Positions 37,840 through 50,067 of a DNA stretch of 64,000 bases are shown piece by piece. The first letter of the stretch is position 1. Every line of letters begins with the position of its first letter. The position numbers and the translations under genes were made by a program. Origin of the DNA: Narcine bancroftii. Lineage: Eukaryota. The stretch lies in contig NC_091473.1 in assembly GCF_036971445.1 (NCBI RefSeq), positions 211,048,001-211,112,000 on the forward strand, written 5' to 3'. A model generated the notes under the pieces. It ran no database searches. It was given only the letters and a program-made list of their open reading frames with translations, and was not told where the DNA came from.

Positions 37840-39830
37840 TTACTGATGATTGCTGCTGCTTTTTGATGGTAGTGTTCCTTGCAGATGTTCTCAATGGTAG
37901 GGAGAGATTTTCCTGTGATGTACTGAACTATGTCCACTTCCTATTGCACTGCTTCCCGATCAGAGGTATTGATGGCCCCATACCAGCTGTTCAGCTCAGT
38001 TTGTGTAACTTTTCCAAGGTTTTCAATATCATACAAAATCTCTGCAAACTCATGAGGAAGTAGAGATACCAACGTGATCCCCCAAAGATATCTGGATCAC
38101 ACACCTGGTTTTGGTTTTGTTGAGTGCGAGGTTCTTGATGATATTTTGGTGTCATCAGCAAATGTGTATAAGACATTATTGTCATACTGAGCCACACAGT
38201 CATAGGTGTAAAGTGAGTAGAGCAGGAGGCTACGAATGCAGCTCTGTGGTTCTCCGCTACTGATGTGGAGATGTTCTTACCAATCCCCACTGATTGTTGT
38301 CTGGAGGTGAGGAAATCCAGGATCCAATTACACAGTGTCATATTGTGGCCCATGTCTTGGGTTTGCCGATCATTTTTGAGGGGATGATGGTGTTAAACTG
38401 AACTGTAGTCGATAAAGAGCATTCGTGATGTGTGCATCTTTGCGGTCCAGGTGTTCCATGGCTTTGTGTAGGCCCAGTGACATCGGCCAAAGACTATTTG
38501 CTGTGATAGGAAAATTGGAATGGATCCTGATCGTCACCCGAAGTGGGTGTTACTGGTTCTCGGGAATTGAGCCATCATCAATTAATTCAGTCACGTGTGT
38601 GAGAGGGCTTGTGAGAGTTTCCTCATGACCAAGGGCACTGGAAATACAATAAATAGTCCTCTAATTGTAAATAAAAGGGGTTGGATTTGGGAAAACGCTG
38701 GATTCTGTTCTCTCTGGTTGGAAGCTTGTATTCCACACAACACGTGCACAGCACAAACATTTGGCACATTGACAGCAGATCCATGTCGCTGCTCAGACAG
38801 GACCTGGGATACTTCAATATCAGCCTCTTAAAAACATTTCATCACTGCGGATGTAAGTTCCACTGGCCTGTAGTCATTTTGGCAGGTTACCACTCTCTTA
38901 TTAGGCACAGGTACAATTGAGGCCTGTTTCAAACAGTTGGGTGTAATGCCATGCTGGAGTGAGATGGTGAAGATATCCATGAATACACTGGCAAGTTGGT
39001 AAGGACAGGTTTTCAGCACTAAGCCAGGTATTCTGTTCGGACTGGAAATTTTCATTTCGTTCCCTCTCCTGAAGACAGACTGTGTTAACCTCTGATACTG
39101 ACAGTATAGGATCATCAGGGGAGATGGGGGTGAGCTGTGGTTCGTCCATGTTCTAGTGGGTAAATCAGGTGATGAAGGCATTAAGTTCCTTTGGGAGTGA
39201 TGCTTTGCTGTCTCCCATTGCACTGGATTCAGTTTTGTAGCAGCATATGTCATTTTGGCTCTGTCACAGTTGTCAGGTATCCTTCATTGTTTCCATTCTC
39301 TTCTGGAATCTCCACTTCACCTGGGAGAAGGCTTTTGGTAGGTCGTACCTGCTCCTTCAGTTGCGTTCTGGATCTCTGGATTTAAATGCCTGTGATCTGG
39401 CTCTCTCAGTAGGTTCCGGAGGGCACTGTGCTTCTGGTTGGGGAAAACTTGCACACTTATGCAAGCTGTTTTGATCAAATATGTGATGACCCTTGTGTAA
39501 TCATTCAGGTCCCTCAGCTGAGTCTTTGACATCACCCAATCCACTGACTCGGGACAGTCCTGTATCTGTTCTTCAGCCTCCCGCAACCACCTACTGGTTC
39601 CTCTGATCTCCAGAGCCTCTCTTTTTAGGCTCTGTCTATATGAAGACAGTGAGCACAGCCAGGTAATCTGACTTACCAAAATGCAGTCCATGAAAGAATG
39701 TTAGGCCTGCCTTATCTTGATGCAGCAAGTGTGCTGGGATCTCTGGTCCAGCAGGTTATGTGCTGGTGGTCATAGGGCAGGGTTTTCTTGAGACAGGCTT
39801 GGTTAAAGTCACTGACTATGGCTTGTGCTG
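37840..39830 (-). mobile_element. Rex1/Babar LINE remnant
   Basis: Motifs IPGLVLKTC..QLASVFMDIFTISL, LKQASIVPVP, NDYRPV, LCNWILDFLTSRQQSV and QDCPESVDW. Confidence 0.75.
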
Positions 39831-40419
39831 TAGTGTGTTGGGGTGGTCTGTCTCTCATTGGAGAGGTGATATCTTGTATATTATCTCGTATTTATTTTCC
39901 CTTCTAATTTAATTCACCTCCAATCTCATTGGTTTTCTTTATGTATTTTTCAGCTGCAACCTGTAAAAATTTGGTGCATTTCTACATGGTGCAATATGTG
40001 AGATAATAAACTCATCTCACCTTAAATGATGATCAGCCTGACCTGTTCGTTTCTCTCCACGGACACTGCCCGACCCGCTGAGTCCCTCCAACTTTTCTCT
40101 GCTCCAGATTCCAGCATCTGCAGCTGATCGATAGTGACCAGGGGATCCACAGGGGGCTAACTGATCAGAGAGGAGGTGGGACTTCCAGGAGAGTGACCGC
40201 TCTTCCCATTCCAGCAGTGGTGGCCGATGGGGGTCAGGATGGTTTTGATCGGTGGGAAGGCATAAACGCAGAAGCACGTTGCAGTTTGTGCAATACACAA
40301 AAGTGCAGGAGAAACTCAGCAGGTCACTTAGCAAAGGGATATAACCAATGAATCGACTCTGAGCCCATCGTTAAGGTGTGTGGAGAAAGCAGGCAGGTGG
40401 GGGTGGAGCACAGGCCAAC

Positions 40420-42175
40420 AGAATCAGAATTTATTGTGAATATGTCATGAAATTTTTTTGTTTCACAGCAGCATTCTTTGGCTTGGCTTCGCGGACGAAG
40501 ATTTATGGAGGGGGTAAAAAGTCCACGTCAGCTGCAGGCTCGTTTGTGGCTGACAAGTCCGATGCGGGACAGGCAGACACAATTGCAGCGGTTGCAAGGG
40601 AAAATTGGTTGGTTGGGGTTGGGTGTTGGGTTTTTCCTCCTTTGCCTTTTGTCAGTGAGGTGGGCTCTGCGGTCTTCTTCAAAGGAGGTTGCTGCCCGCC
40701 AAACTGTGAGGCGCCAAGATGCACGGTTTGAGGCGTTATCAGCCCACTGGCGGTGGTCAATGTGGCAGGCACCAAGAGATTTCTTTAGGCAGTCCTTGTA
40801 CCTTTTCTTTGGTGCACCTCTGTCACGGTGGCCAGTGGAGAGCTCGCCATATAACACGATCTTGGGAAGGCGATGGTCCTCCATTCTGGAGACGTGACCC
40901 ATCCAGCAGCATTAAAAGTATAAATATTGACATAAATTACATTTAAAAATAAATAAATTAGTGCAAAAGATAGAAAGTGAGGCCCCAACTGTGATTCATT
41001 TTCATTCAGAAATCTGATAGCAGAGGGGAAGAAGCTGTTTTTGTACCACTGGGTGTTGGTCTTCAGGCTCCTGTATCTCTTTCCTGATGGCGGCAGTGTG
41101 AAGAGGGCATGGCCTGGGTAGTGAGGGTACTTGAGGGGAGAGGCTGCTTTGTTAAGACATCACCTCTTGTAGATGTCCTTGATGGAGTGAAGTCTGGTGC
41201 CCGTGATGATGTTGGTTGAGTTCACATGTCTCTGTGATCTTTATCTGTCCTGTGCATTGGCACTTCTGTACCAGGCAGTGATTCAACCAGTCAGAATGCT
41301 CTCCGATGTCTGGAGACAAATGTCCATTTGTAGACATTTGCAAAGGTCTTTGGTGACATACCCAATCTCCTCAAACGCCTCACGAAGTGTAGCTGCTGGT
41401 GAGCCTTCTTTGTGATTGCATTGACATGGAGGCCTCAGGTCAGACCTTCAGAGATGTGGATACACAGGAATTTTTCAATTCTTTTTCAATCTTTTTTATT
41501 GGTTTTTATAATAAATACAGTACAATTAAGAAAAGGGAACAAAACTGAAAATACAATATGTGTGTGTGTGTAAAATTTAAAACCGTACCTTCCCCCTCCC
41601 CCCTACCTCCACTGAATTGGGTGAAGAGTGAAAAGACACATTTAATATATATATTTTTAAAAATCTAATCCACTCTATTAAAAAAAATTGAATTTTTAAC
41701 TTCTAATCTCTTTCCTCTGCTGACCCCTTGATGAGATCTGGTTTGTGTTTTCCTGATTACCTCCTCCTGAAGTCCACAATCAATTCCTTAGTTTGCTAAC
41801 ATTGAATGTAAGTTGCTGTGACACCATTCAACTGGCTGATAAATCTCTCTCCCCTGCACTTTCTCATTGCCTTCTGTGATTTTGCCAATGACTGTGGTGT
41901 CATTGGCCAATTTGTAGATGACATTTAAATTGTGTCGCGCCCCACAATCATGGGCATTGAGCGAGTAGAGCAACAGGCACACATCCTTGAACTACTAGCT
42001 GTGTTGATTGTCAGTGGAGAAGACGTTGCTTCCGATTTCTTCAGACTGTGGTCTGATGGGGAAGTCAAGGATCCAGTCACAGGTGTTTAGGGGGTGGGGT
42101 CCGGTGGGGGGGGGGGGAGTACAGAGGCCCAAAGTTTTGAATCTTGTTGACCAGTACTGAGGGTGATGGTGTTGG
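40420..42175 (-). mobile_element. Rex1/Babar LINE 3' remnant containing an RTE
   Basis: ORF 41788..41982 reads LLYSLNAHDC...KLANDTTVIG. The Rex1-type 3' end lies near 40420. Confidence 0.65.
40476..40903 (-). mobile_element. RTE 3' fragment with a 10-bp TSD
   Basis: Encodes GHVSRMEDHRLPKIVLYGEL...CNRCNCVCLSRIGLVSH. CAGCAGCATT occurs at 40466-40475 and 40904-40913. Confidence 0.9.
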
Positions 42176-42473
42176 AGGATTACACTACAATCTCAGCTTC
42201 TGCAAACTTGCCTGTTTAACCATGTAGCAGACTTCAGCAGGGATTTTATCTGAAGGCTGCACCTGGCCATTGGAGTCAGGTGACTCAGGCAGTTGGATTT
42301 GAAAAGTTCAGATCAACAGGAAGCTGATCGAGCAATAGAGATCAAGTGATTCAGGGGACTTGTATTAATTCACTTCAACTTAACAGTCTGGAGAGGGAAC
42401 TATCGACCGGAGTTCCCCACTGTACATGCAGCAGTGAGTAGGAAATTCACAACTAACTCGTTTTTTTCTACAT

Positions 42474-45400
42474 TGATGACCCCAACATGATCTGCCATTT
42501 CACGTACATTTACTGTTCTACTTCGTTCAACCATCTCCATCTATTTTCATCCATGGATAACGTAGACACAGAGGAGGTGAGTCAGTCGACCACCACCGCA
42601 GCTGTACCGCTCATTGCGCTGGTCAGTTTGAAGCTAACACCGTTTGGCCCCACTGACTTGGCGTTATGGTTTGCGCAGGTGGAGGTACAACGTCCTACCT
42701 GGAACATAACTTAACAGGAGATAGGTATGTTATTGCCTCTTTGCAACCGGAGGTGGGGCAAGAAGTACCCAACATTTTAATTTCTCCGCCATTGAAGACC
42801 ATAATAACGATCTTAAAGCTGAGTTGATCCAGGCACACTCAGGCTTCAGAACAGCAACATTTACCGCCTTCTTATCTCGGAAGAGCTGGGGGATAGGAAG
42901 CCATCGCGGCTTCTTCGGAGACAGCAAGCTGGAGGACAACGTCCTAAAACAGTTGTTTTCCATTCCTTCATTGTTCACGAAGCTGAGAGAGTTCCTTGGT
43001 CTGGTCAGTTTTTACAGACGGTTCATCTCACACTGTGCTGACAAACTCCATCCACTCATGGACTTGCTGAAGAACAAGACTAAGAAAGCAGTTGTTTTAG
43101 GAACAATGTTCGTCTGATCCTGGCATCAACATAGGAGGAGGTAGACAACGATGAACGCGCTAAGATCGCTGACAAGATTTTAGAGGTGGCTATGCTGGGC
43201 AGGTTGGTGCAAACAGTCAGTGCTCCTGAGCCTCCTTCCAGACAGCAATCGGAAATGATGGAACTGTGGCGTACTGTTGATCAACTCCCTCTCACCGCAG
43301 TGATGGCTCAAAAGGGCAGCATTTTTCATAGTTGGGGGAGGGGGGGGGGGAGCGCACACCATCGCACGCCAGCGCCGAATGCTGGTATCACTGGTGATTT
43401 GGCGACAAGCCTCAACACTGTGTGCCGCCCTGCTCTCGAGCTGAACAGAAGAGAAACGCTCAAGTCAGGATCTATGGGCGACGGGTCTTCCTGGTGTCGA
43501 GCTGCAGTCATCCACTATTTCACATCACCTTCAAACACCAGGGTATTCGTTTTCTGGTTGACACTGGAGTGGAAGTTAACGTTCTCCCTCCATCAACGTC
43601 TGATATCCGTGATACTTCCACTACCGTTCAACTACTAGCTGTCAATAAATTGCCCTTTCTACATTTAGAGAAAGATCACTCACACTTAATCTTGGCTTGC
43701 AGTGTGTTTTCAGGTGTTTTTTAAAAAATCAGTGTCAAGGTACCCACACCCATCATTGGAACTGATTTACGCAAGTATGGACTGCTGGTGGATGTAAAAT
43801 ACCACAACCTTATTGACTCCACTACTAGCCTCACAGTTCAGGGGATCATCAGCTATACACGTCAGTCCAATCGTCTTGACCACGACATCGACTACGTTTT
43901 GACACCCTTCTTTAAGAGTATCCGGAGATTATTTGCCCAGTTTCCAAGCATACCAAGGTCAAACACTCAGTCACCCATCATATACAAACATGTGGACTCC
44001 CCATTTCAGCTCGGCCTCGGATTGTAGGAGATTGCTAAGGCTGAATTTGCTCATACGCTGGAACTGGGAATCATTTGACAGTCCGACAGCAACTGCTCGT
44101 CTCCCCACGACGTGGTTCCCAAGAAGACACAGAGAGTTTGGCGACTATGTGGAGACTACCAGGCCCTGAATGCCCGTACAGTGCCTGATAGATATCCCAT
44201 CCTGCAACTCCAGGATGGTTGTCGCATTTTCTCCAAGATTGATTTGATTCAGGCCTACCATTAAATCCCGGTGGAGCCTGTTGACATATGCAAGACAGCT
44301 ATCATGACTCCTTTTGGATTTTTCGAGTGGGTACGTATGCCTTTGGTTTACGAAACGCGGCACAGACATTTCAGGGCCTGATGGATGATGTGGTTCGTGG
44401 TTTTCCTTGTGTCTATGTTTACATAGATGACCTGCTAGTAGCCAGCTCTACAGACGATGAACACGAGATTAATATCCGTCTACTTTTCGTGCATTTGGGC
44501 GAGTATGGCAACGTTGTCAACCCAATGAATGTCAGTTTAGAGTTCCTGAGCCATACGGTTGATAAACGTGGTATTCACCCTCATGAGAACAAAGTGAAGT
44601 TCATCTGTGATTTTTCCATTCCTTCATTGTTCATGAAGCTGAGAGAGTTCCTTGGTCTGATCAGTTTTTACAGACGGTTCATCTCACACTGTGCTGACAA
44701 ACTCCATCCACTCATGGACTTGCTGAAGAACAAGACTAAGAAAAATCAGTCCATCACATTCAACGAGGCGGAGCTTTCAGCCTTCCTTTGTGCTAAGATG
44801 ACCTGGCTAGTGTGACTACTCTGGTTCATCCTCGACACGATGTTTAATTGTAGATGCATCGGATGTCAGAGTAGGTAGAGCCATTCAACAGCTTGTAGAT
44901 GGTGCCTGGCAACCGATTGCCTTTTTCTCCAAGTGACTCCATCCTGCTGAGACCAAGTATAGCACATTTGGTTGTGAACTGCTGGCTGTTTACCTTGCCG
45001 TCAAACATTTTCACTATCTACTTGAGGGCCGCACATTCACCATCTACACCGATCACAAGCCTTTGATGAACACTTTTTGATCTATGCCGGACAGGTACTC
45101 ACCACGTGAAGTCCATCACTGGATTACATATCGCAGTTCACTTCCAATATTCAACATGTCAGAGGAAAGGAAAGGAAAACACAACAGCAGATGCACTGTC
45201 ACTCCTGCATGTTGATGCATTGCATACCTCATCTATCATTGATTTTCAGCAACTTACCTGTGACCAGGAGAATGACGACAACTGGGCTGAAGTTCAACAA
45301 TCATCCTCGCTCTCGTTCAGGTGTGTATCCTTGTCAGCAAGTAATGGACATATCTGGTATGATGTATCTACTGGACATGAATGACCCCATGTTCCCAAGA

Positions 45401-46180
45401 AACATTAGCGGTCTGTTTTCAATGCTTTCCACGCTATGTCGCATCCTGGTATAAGGTCTACACAGAAGCTGATGACATCTCGCTTTGTATGGCCTACCAT
45501 GAATAAGAATGTCAAGCAGTGGGCTAGGAGCTGCATCGCCTGTCAGAAAGCCAAAGTTCACCATCGTACCAGAACTCCCCTTAACACACTACTCCAGAAG
45601 CCAGATATCAACTTACACACATCGATCTGGTAGGTCGTTTCCCTCCATCAAACAGGCACAGTTATCTTCTCACCGTTTTAGCAGGTGGGCAGATGCTATA
45701 CCTATACATGATATGACGGCCGAGACAGTAGCCAGAGTTTTGGTCCACCACTGGGAAACGTTACAGAACACCAGCTACGATCATGACAGATGGGGGAGGG
45801 GGCACAGTTTGAATCCCAACTATTTCATAAACTGACCAATCTACTTGGTAGTACATGCACCCGCACAACACCCTATCAACCTGCAGCTAATGAAAGCTAA
45901 TGCTTTCATTGTCAACTCAAGGCAGCACTGAAAGCCCAGCAGAACCCATCCAGTGGTATGAGTATTGCCAATCGTACTACCGGGCATCTGTATAACGGTA
46001 AAAGAAGACCTCGGCTGCACACTGGCTGAACTAGTGTATGGGACTACACTAACAGTACCTGGACAGATGGTGGGACCTGATCAACCTACATTGATACTGG
46101 ACACAACCAATTATGTTTATCGACTGTGGCAGAAACAGTTGGTAAGATGTACACTTTTAAAGGGTTGGGGGCGTTTAATT
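42474..46180 (+). mobile_element. Ty3/Gypsy remnant of the CsRn1 type
   Basis: Degenerate tRNA-Trp-like PBS TGATGACCCCAACATGAT at 42474-42491. Gag LALWFAQVE and a C-x2-H-x9-C-x3-C motif near 43380 (contains a stop). Protease FLVDTG, RT FGLRNAAQTFQ and YIDD, integrase SHPGIRSTQKL...CIACQKAK. Confidence 0.85.
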
Positions 46181-46270
46181 AGTGTACCTTGCAGCATAGT
46201 TCCGTGCCTGCACTGAGCCAAGGAGTTGTGGGGTATCATGATTTATCCTTGAGCGTTTTATGTACTAGTT

Positions 46271-46273
<3 letters not shown>

Positions 46274-46302
<29 letters not shown>
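46274..46302. repeat. (TG)n microsatellite
   Basis: Run of about 14 TG units. Confidence 0.9.
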
Positions 46303-46305
<3 letters not shown>

Positions 46306-47223
46306 ATACTTGCCTTCTGTAAAAAAAATCCATCCCTTCTAAAATTCTTCAGAGTCCTTGGCATTGAGACCTACCAAACCTATTTCCTCACTCACAACAC
46401 CACGTCAGTCGCCAACCTCCGTCAGTCTCCACTCTCCCAGCGATGCGCCGCTGCCGTGAAGAGGGGGTAAAGGAAGGTTGCTGCCACAACATGCTACTCT
46501 AGTTCACAGCGATCACAGCATTGGGACATCGCGCTCTTCCCTACCCATATAGCAGCGATCTCTCACCCCACCCCAATTATGACAGCGGCACCTCAGCCAG
46601 GGGTTTCTGTGTGACACAAGCACGCAAGTGCTAACGTCACCAGAGTAATTGGGTCGGCCATTTCCCTGTTTCAAACCACAGGACCAGGACGCCTGGGTAA
46701 GTTTAACCGGGGTTTCCTGACCACCGCTAAGGTAGATCAAGGACCCTGCAAATTGCCATTTTACATTGGCAGTTTGAAAGGGCCTATACATTCAATCGCT
46801 ATCACCCCACGTGACACTGTCCATGTGCCAATCACTTGAGCTTGCAACTGCGCACTAGGCTTCCTGAACAATGAGGGGAATGGGAAAGGGGTTTATTTGA
46901 AAAGACAGTGCTGGTGGCAGGAACTCAGCTACAGTCAGGAGCTGAGTAAGGTCAGAGGCCAGTAATTGGGGCGGAGACAGGCAAGGGGAAAGGTTCGGGG
47001 AGAGGACACAGACCTGTATGTTGGCACCTCCCGCTACAAAGCAGAATCTCTCTTCCGTTTTGCGGAACGGCCACAGCGGTGCCCGAGACTGACTGCTGTT
47101 CTTCTCCTTTATGACTGTCGCTCAGACTGTCACCCCCTTCCTTGCTGTATTATTCCATCTTGTTCCCGGTTGCAATTAGTATTCGCTTCCCAGGTTCCAG
47201 ATTTAACATGGAAATGTCTCTAT

Positions 47224-47890
47224 AGCCCCTTTCACACTTGCAAGTGATTCCAGGAATCAAACGCTAATCGGCCTTTAAAGTGGCAAGTGTGAAAGCAAAA
47301 TCAACTCAACACCAGCAACAGATTTCGGCCTCGACCCCTAGTACAATCCCTGGCATCTGCAGACACCGGTGTTGCAATCAGGCAAGTGTGAAACGGGTAT
47401 TTGCTTTGCGGGATTGAAATGACCCTAGTTTTTACATGAGTGCAGGAACAAAAGACTAAAATGAAGGTATAAACTTTGTCATGGGAAGGTCGCGGGGTGA
47501 TGGGGGGGGGGGGGGCGGGGAGAGAGAGAGAGGAAATAACGAGCAATGTATAGCAATAGCGGGCATTTTTTAAACAGTGTGGGAAAATTGGTAGTGCTAT
47601 AGCACACAACTTATAAAGACTGGGGGAAAAAAAAGTAATGGCAGACCTAACATTTCAGAATGCCGTGCGGCAGAAAACCTCTCCATGATACTCCAAGAAT
47701 GCATGGATTCTCTGCCGCATGGAATTCTGGGAGGGCAGATCCGCCATTGTTTTTCCCCCTCGGGAAATTATACACAAGAGTGCTACCAACATTCCTACGC
47801 TGTATAAATTGAGCGCTATAGCACTACCAATGTTCCCACCCTGCTTAAAGATTAGCTGCTATTGCTATTTATTGTTCGCACTTTCCCACA
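47224..47890. mobile_element. Putative DNA-transposon (MITE-like) remnant with a long internal palindrome
   Basis: Starts AGCCCCTTTCACACTTG. Inverted arms at about 47539-47620 / 47799-47878 and about 47656-47679 / 47705-47729. Confidence 0.45.
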
Positions 47891-48099
47891 GTCCCTTATA
47901 AAGGTTTATATAGGTGGCACATCAACAACAGGGGCTGAAGGACTCATAATTATGTATAATTAATTTTGTTCAAATAATACATTGATAAGGATTTAGGGCA
48001 GGTCCACCATTCTTATACCATCCTAATTTAGTGGGATGCAAGCGTGAAAGCGGTTTATGAAGCCCAAGCCCACCATTCCCCGTGCTGCTCCTCTCTGAC

Positions 48100-48520
48100 A
48101 GCTGAATCCGTCCCTTTCCGGGTTGCGGCCGCCCAGTCACGTGATGTCCAGCCGCCGGCAGAGGCGTGCGTGCTGACATCATAGAGCTGTGCAGCGTCAT
48201 GGGCGCCGTTCCCTAAGTGACGGGCCGGCCCACTGAGGCTGGTCGTGGAGGTGACATTTCCCCTGAAGGATGGGTGTCCGAGTACTCGGGGCCCAGGGAG
48301 GGGGCGAGTCCCAAGTTATGGCGGTCCAGGGAGGAGGGTCAGTGCCGAGTTCTCGGGGCCCGGGGAGAGGGGGGATGAGTCTCGAGTTGTCGGGGGGGGG
48401 GGAATGTCCCGAGATCTCGGGGCCGGGGGGGATGTCCCGAGATCTCGGGGCCGGGGGGGGGGCATGATCCCGAGTTGTGGGGGGCTGAGACCCGAGTTGT
48501 CGAGATCCTGGGGAGGGTCC
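48100..48520 (+). promoter_or_regulatory. CpG-island-like candidate promoter/first exon of ZNF paralog 4, with G-rich repeats
   Basis: High CpG density, GTCACGTGA E-box near 48136, then tandem CCCGAGATCTCGGG plus G-run units. It lies about 1.4-1.8 kb upstream of the 49901 acceptor. Confidence 0.5.
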
Positions 48521-50067
48521 CACCATGAGGGGTGTTGGTTCTGTGAATGCAGAGCTGAGGAGTGGGATAGAGAGACAGGAAATGAGAAAAGGGGCGGGAG
48601 TTGGTGGTAAATGGAAGATGACTTTGTTGGGCATCTGGGATCTGTCTGCCACAACAGCGGGATCTCCCAGTATCCACCCATTTCAATTTTGCGCCCCATT
48701 CCCTTGCCCACGCATCAGTCCATGGTCTCATGCACTGCCAGACTGAAACCACCTGCAAAATGGAGCCACAACACCTCATTCCATATGGACTCCTTCCAAC
48801 TGGATGGCACGAACACTAACTTCTCTGTCTTCCCTCTGCATTCGCCGAACCAATTCCCCTCCCCTGTCAATTCTCACTTTCCCTCTCTCCTGTCCTACAT
48901 CCTTATCTAATGAACACCTATCTTCTGTTGGTCTGTACTCAGTAGTGCCCTAGGACAAGCACTGACATGTGTGGCCCCCAGTTCAAAAACCAGAACAGAC
49001 CAACCATGCCACCTGACATGATATGAGCAGCCAATCAGGTACTGTCACAGGGTGGCCTGCAGGGGCCGGGGTCGTCATTGGGCAGTTGGTGTTGTCATCA
49101 TGGACAGGCTGTTGGTAGTTCCGTTAGTGCGTTGCGAGGGCAGGCTGCGACAGCCCTGTTGGCAACCTGGTCTCTGGCAATTCACAGGCCACTTGTTGGT
49201 GCCAGAGGTTGACTGCGGGATCAAAGGGCAAAGTGGCCATCTTCCCTACCCATAATCCCCCACACAACTGGAACTGCTATGCATTCCCCTGGCTGGCACT
49301 GGGAGAGTCATTCCAGCTGTGTGGGGGATTATGGGTTGGAAACATGGCCATTTTTCACATTGAGCTGCTGCCAGGTGTTGCTTGCGTGCTGGAACGGCCT
49401 GAAGCGGCCTGATGAGATGCCATCCTGGAGTGGCACTCAAGTAGGTGGGATGGAATCTGTTTTGGGTGGGTGAGCTCAAATATTGAGTGGGAAAGGCGAG
49501 GCCAGTGGTGTCCCCCTGACAGTGGCACCTAGGGTATATTGCAATATGTCTGTACTCCTCCCCATGCCAATCATTTTATTCAGACACCACTTGCTCTTTT
49601 TTATACCTTGAAGAAGGATTCAGGGCCAAAACGTTGCTAATATATCTTTACCTCCTGTGGATGCTGCGAGACTGGCTGAGTTCCTCTGACATCTGAGTTA
49701 TTACTACAATTGCAACTTCTACAGACTTTTGTTTTTCACTTCACCCATGTGTCTACCTGTCTGTGGTGATCCTCCTCACAGTTCAGGACACTTCCATGGT
49801 TGGTCCCGTTGCTGGCCATGTCTCTCTAGGATGTGTTGTCCCGGAACATTGACTGCAGAGAATGCCTTGCTTCCTCTTACTCCACCATCTTTTCTTCACA
49901 GGTTTTAGGAAGCAGGGCATTTCCAGACTGGAAGCTTCAAGCAACGCCATGTTGTGGTCTGACACTCCGACTAGATTCCTTGGGATCGTAGTATCAGCCA
50001 GTTTTATCGGTTGATTAGGAGCAGGTGTATCATTGCACGGAGAAACCCTTCTACTGTTGATTGTCGA

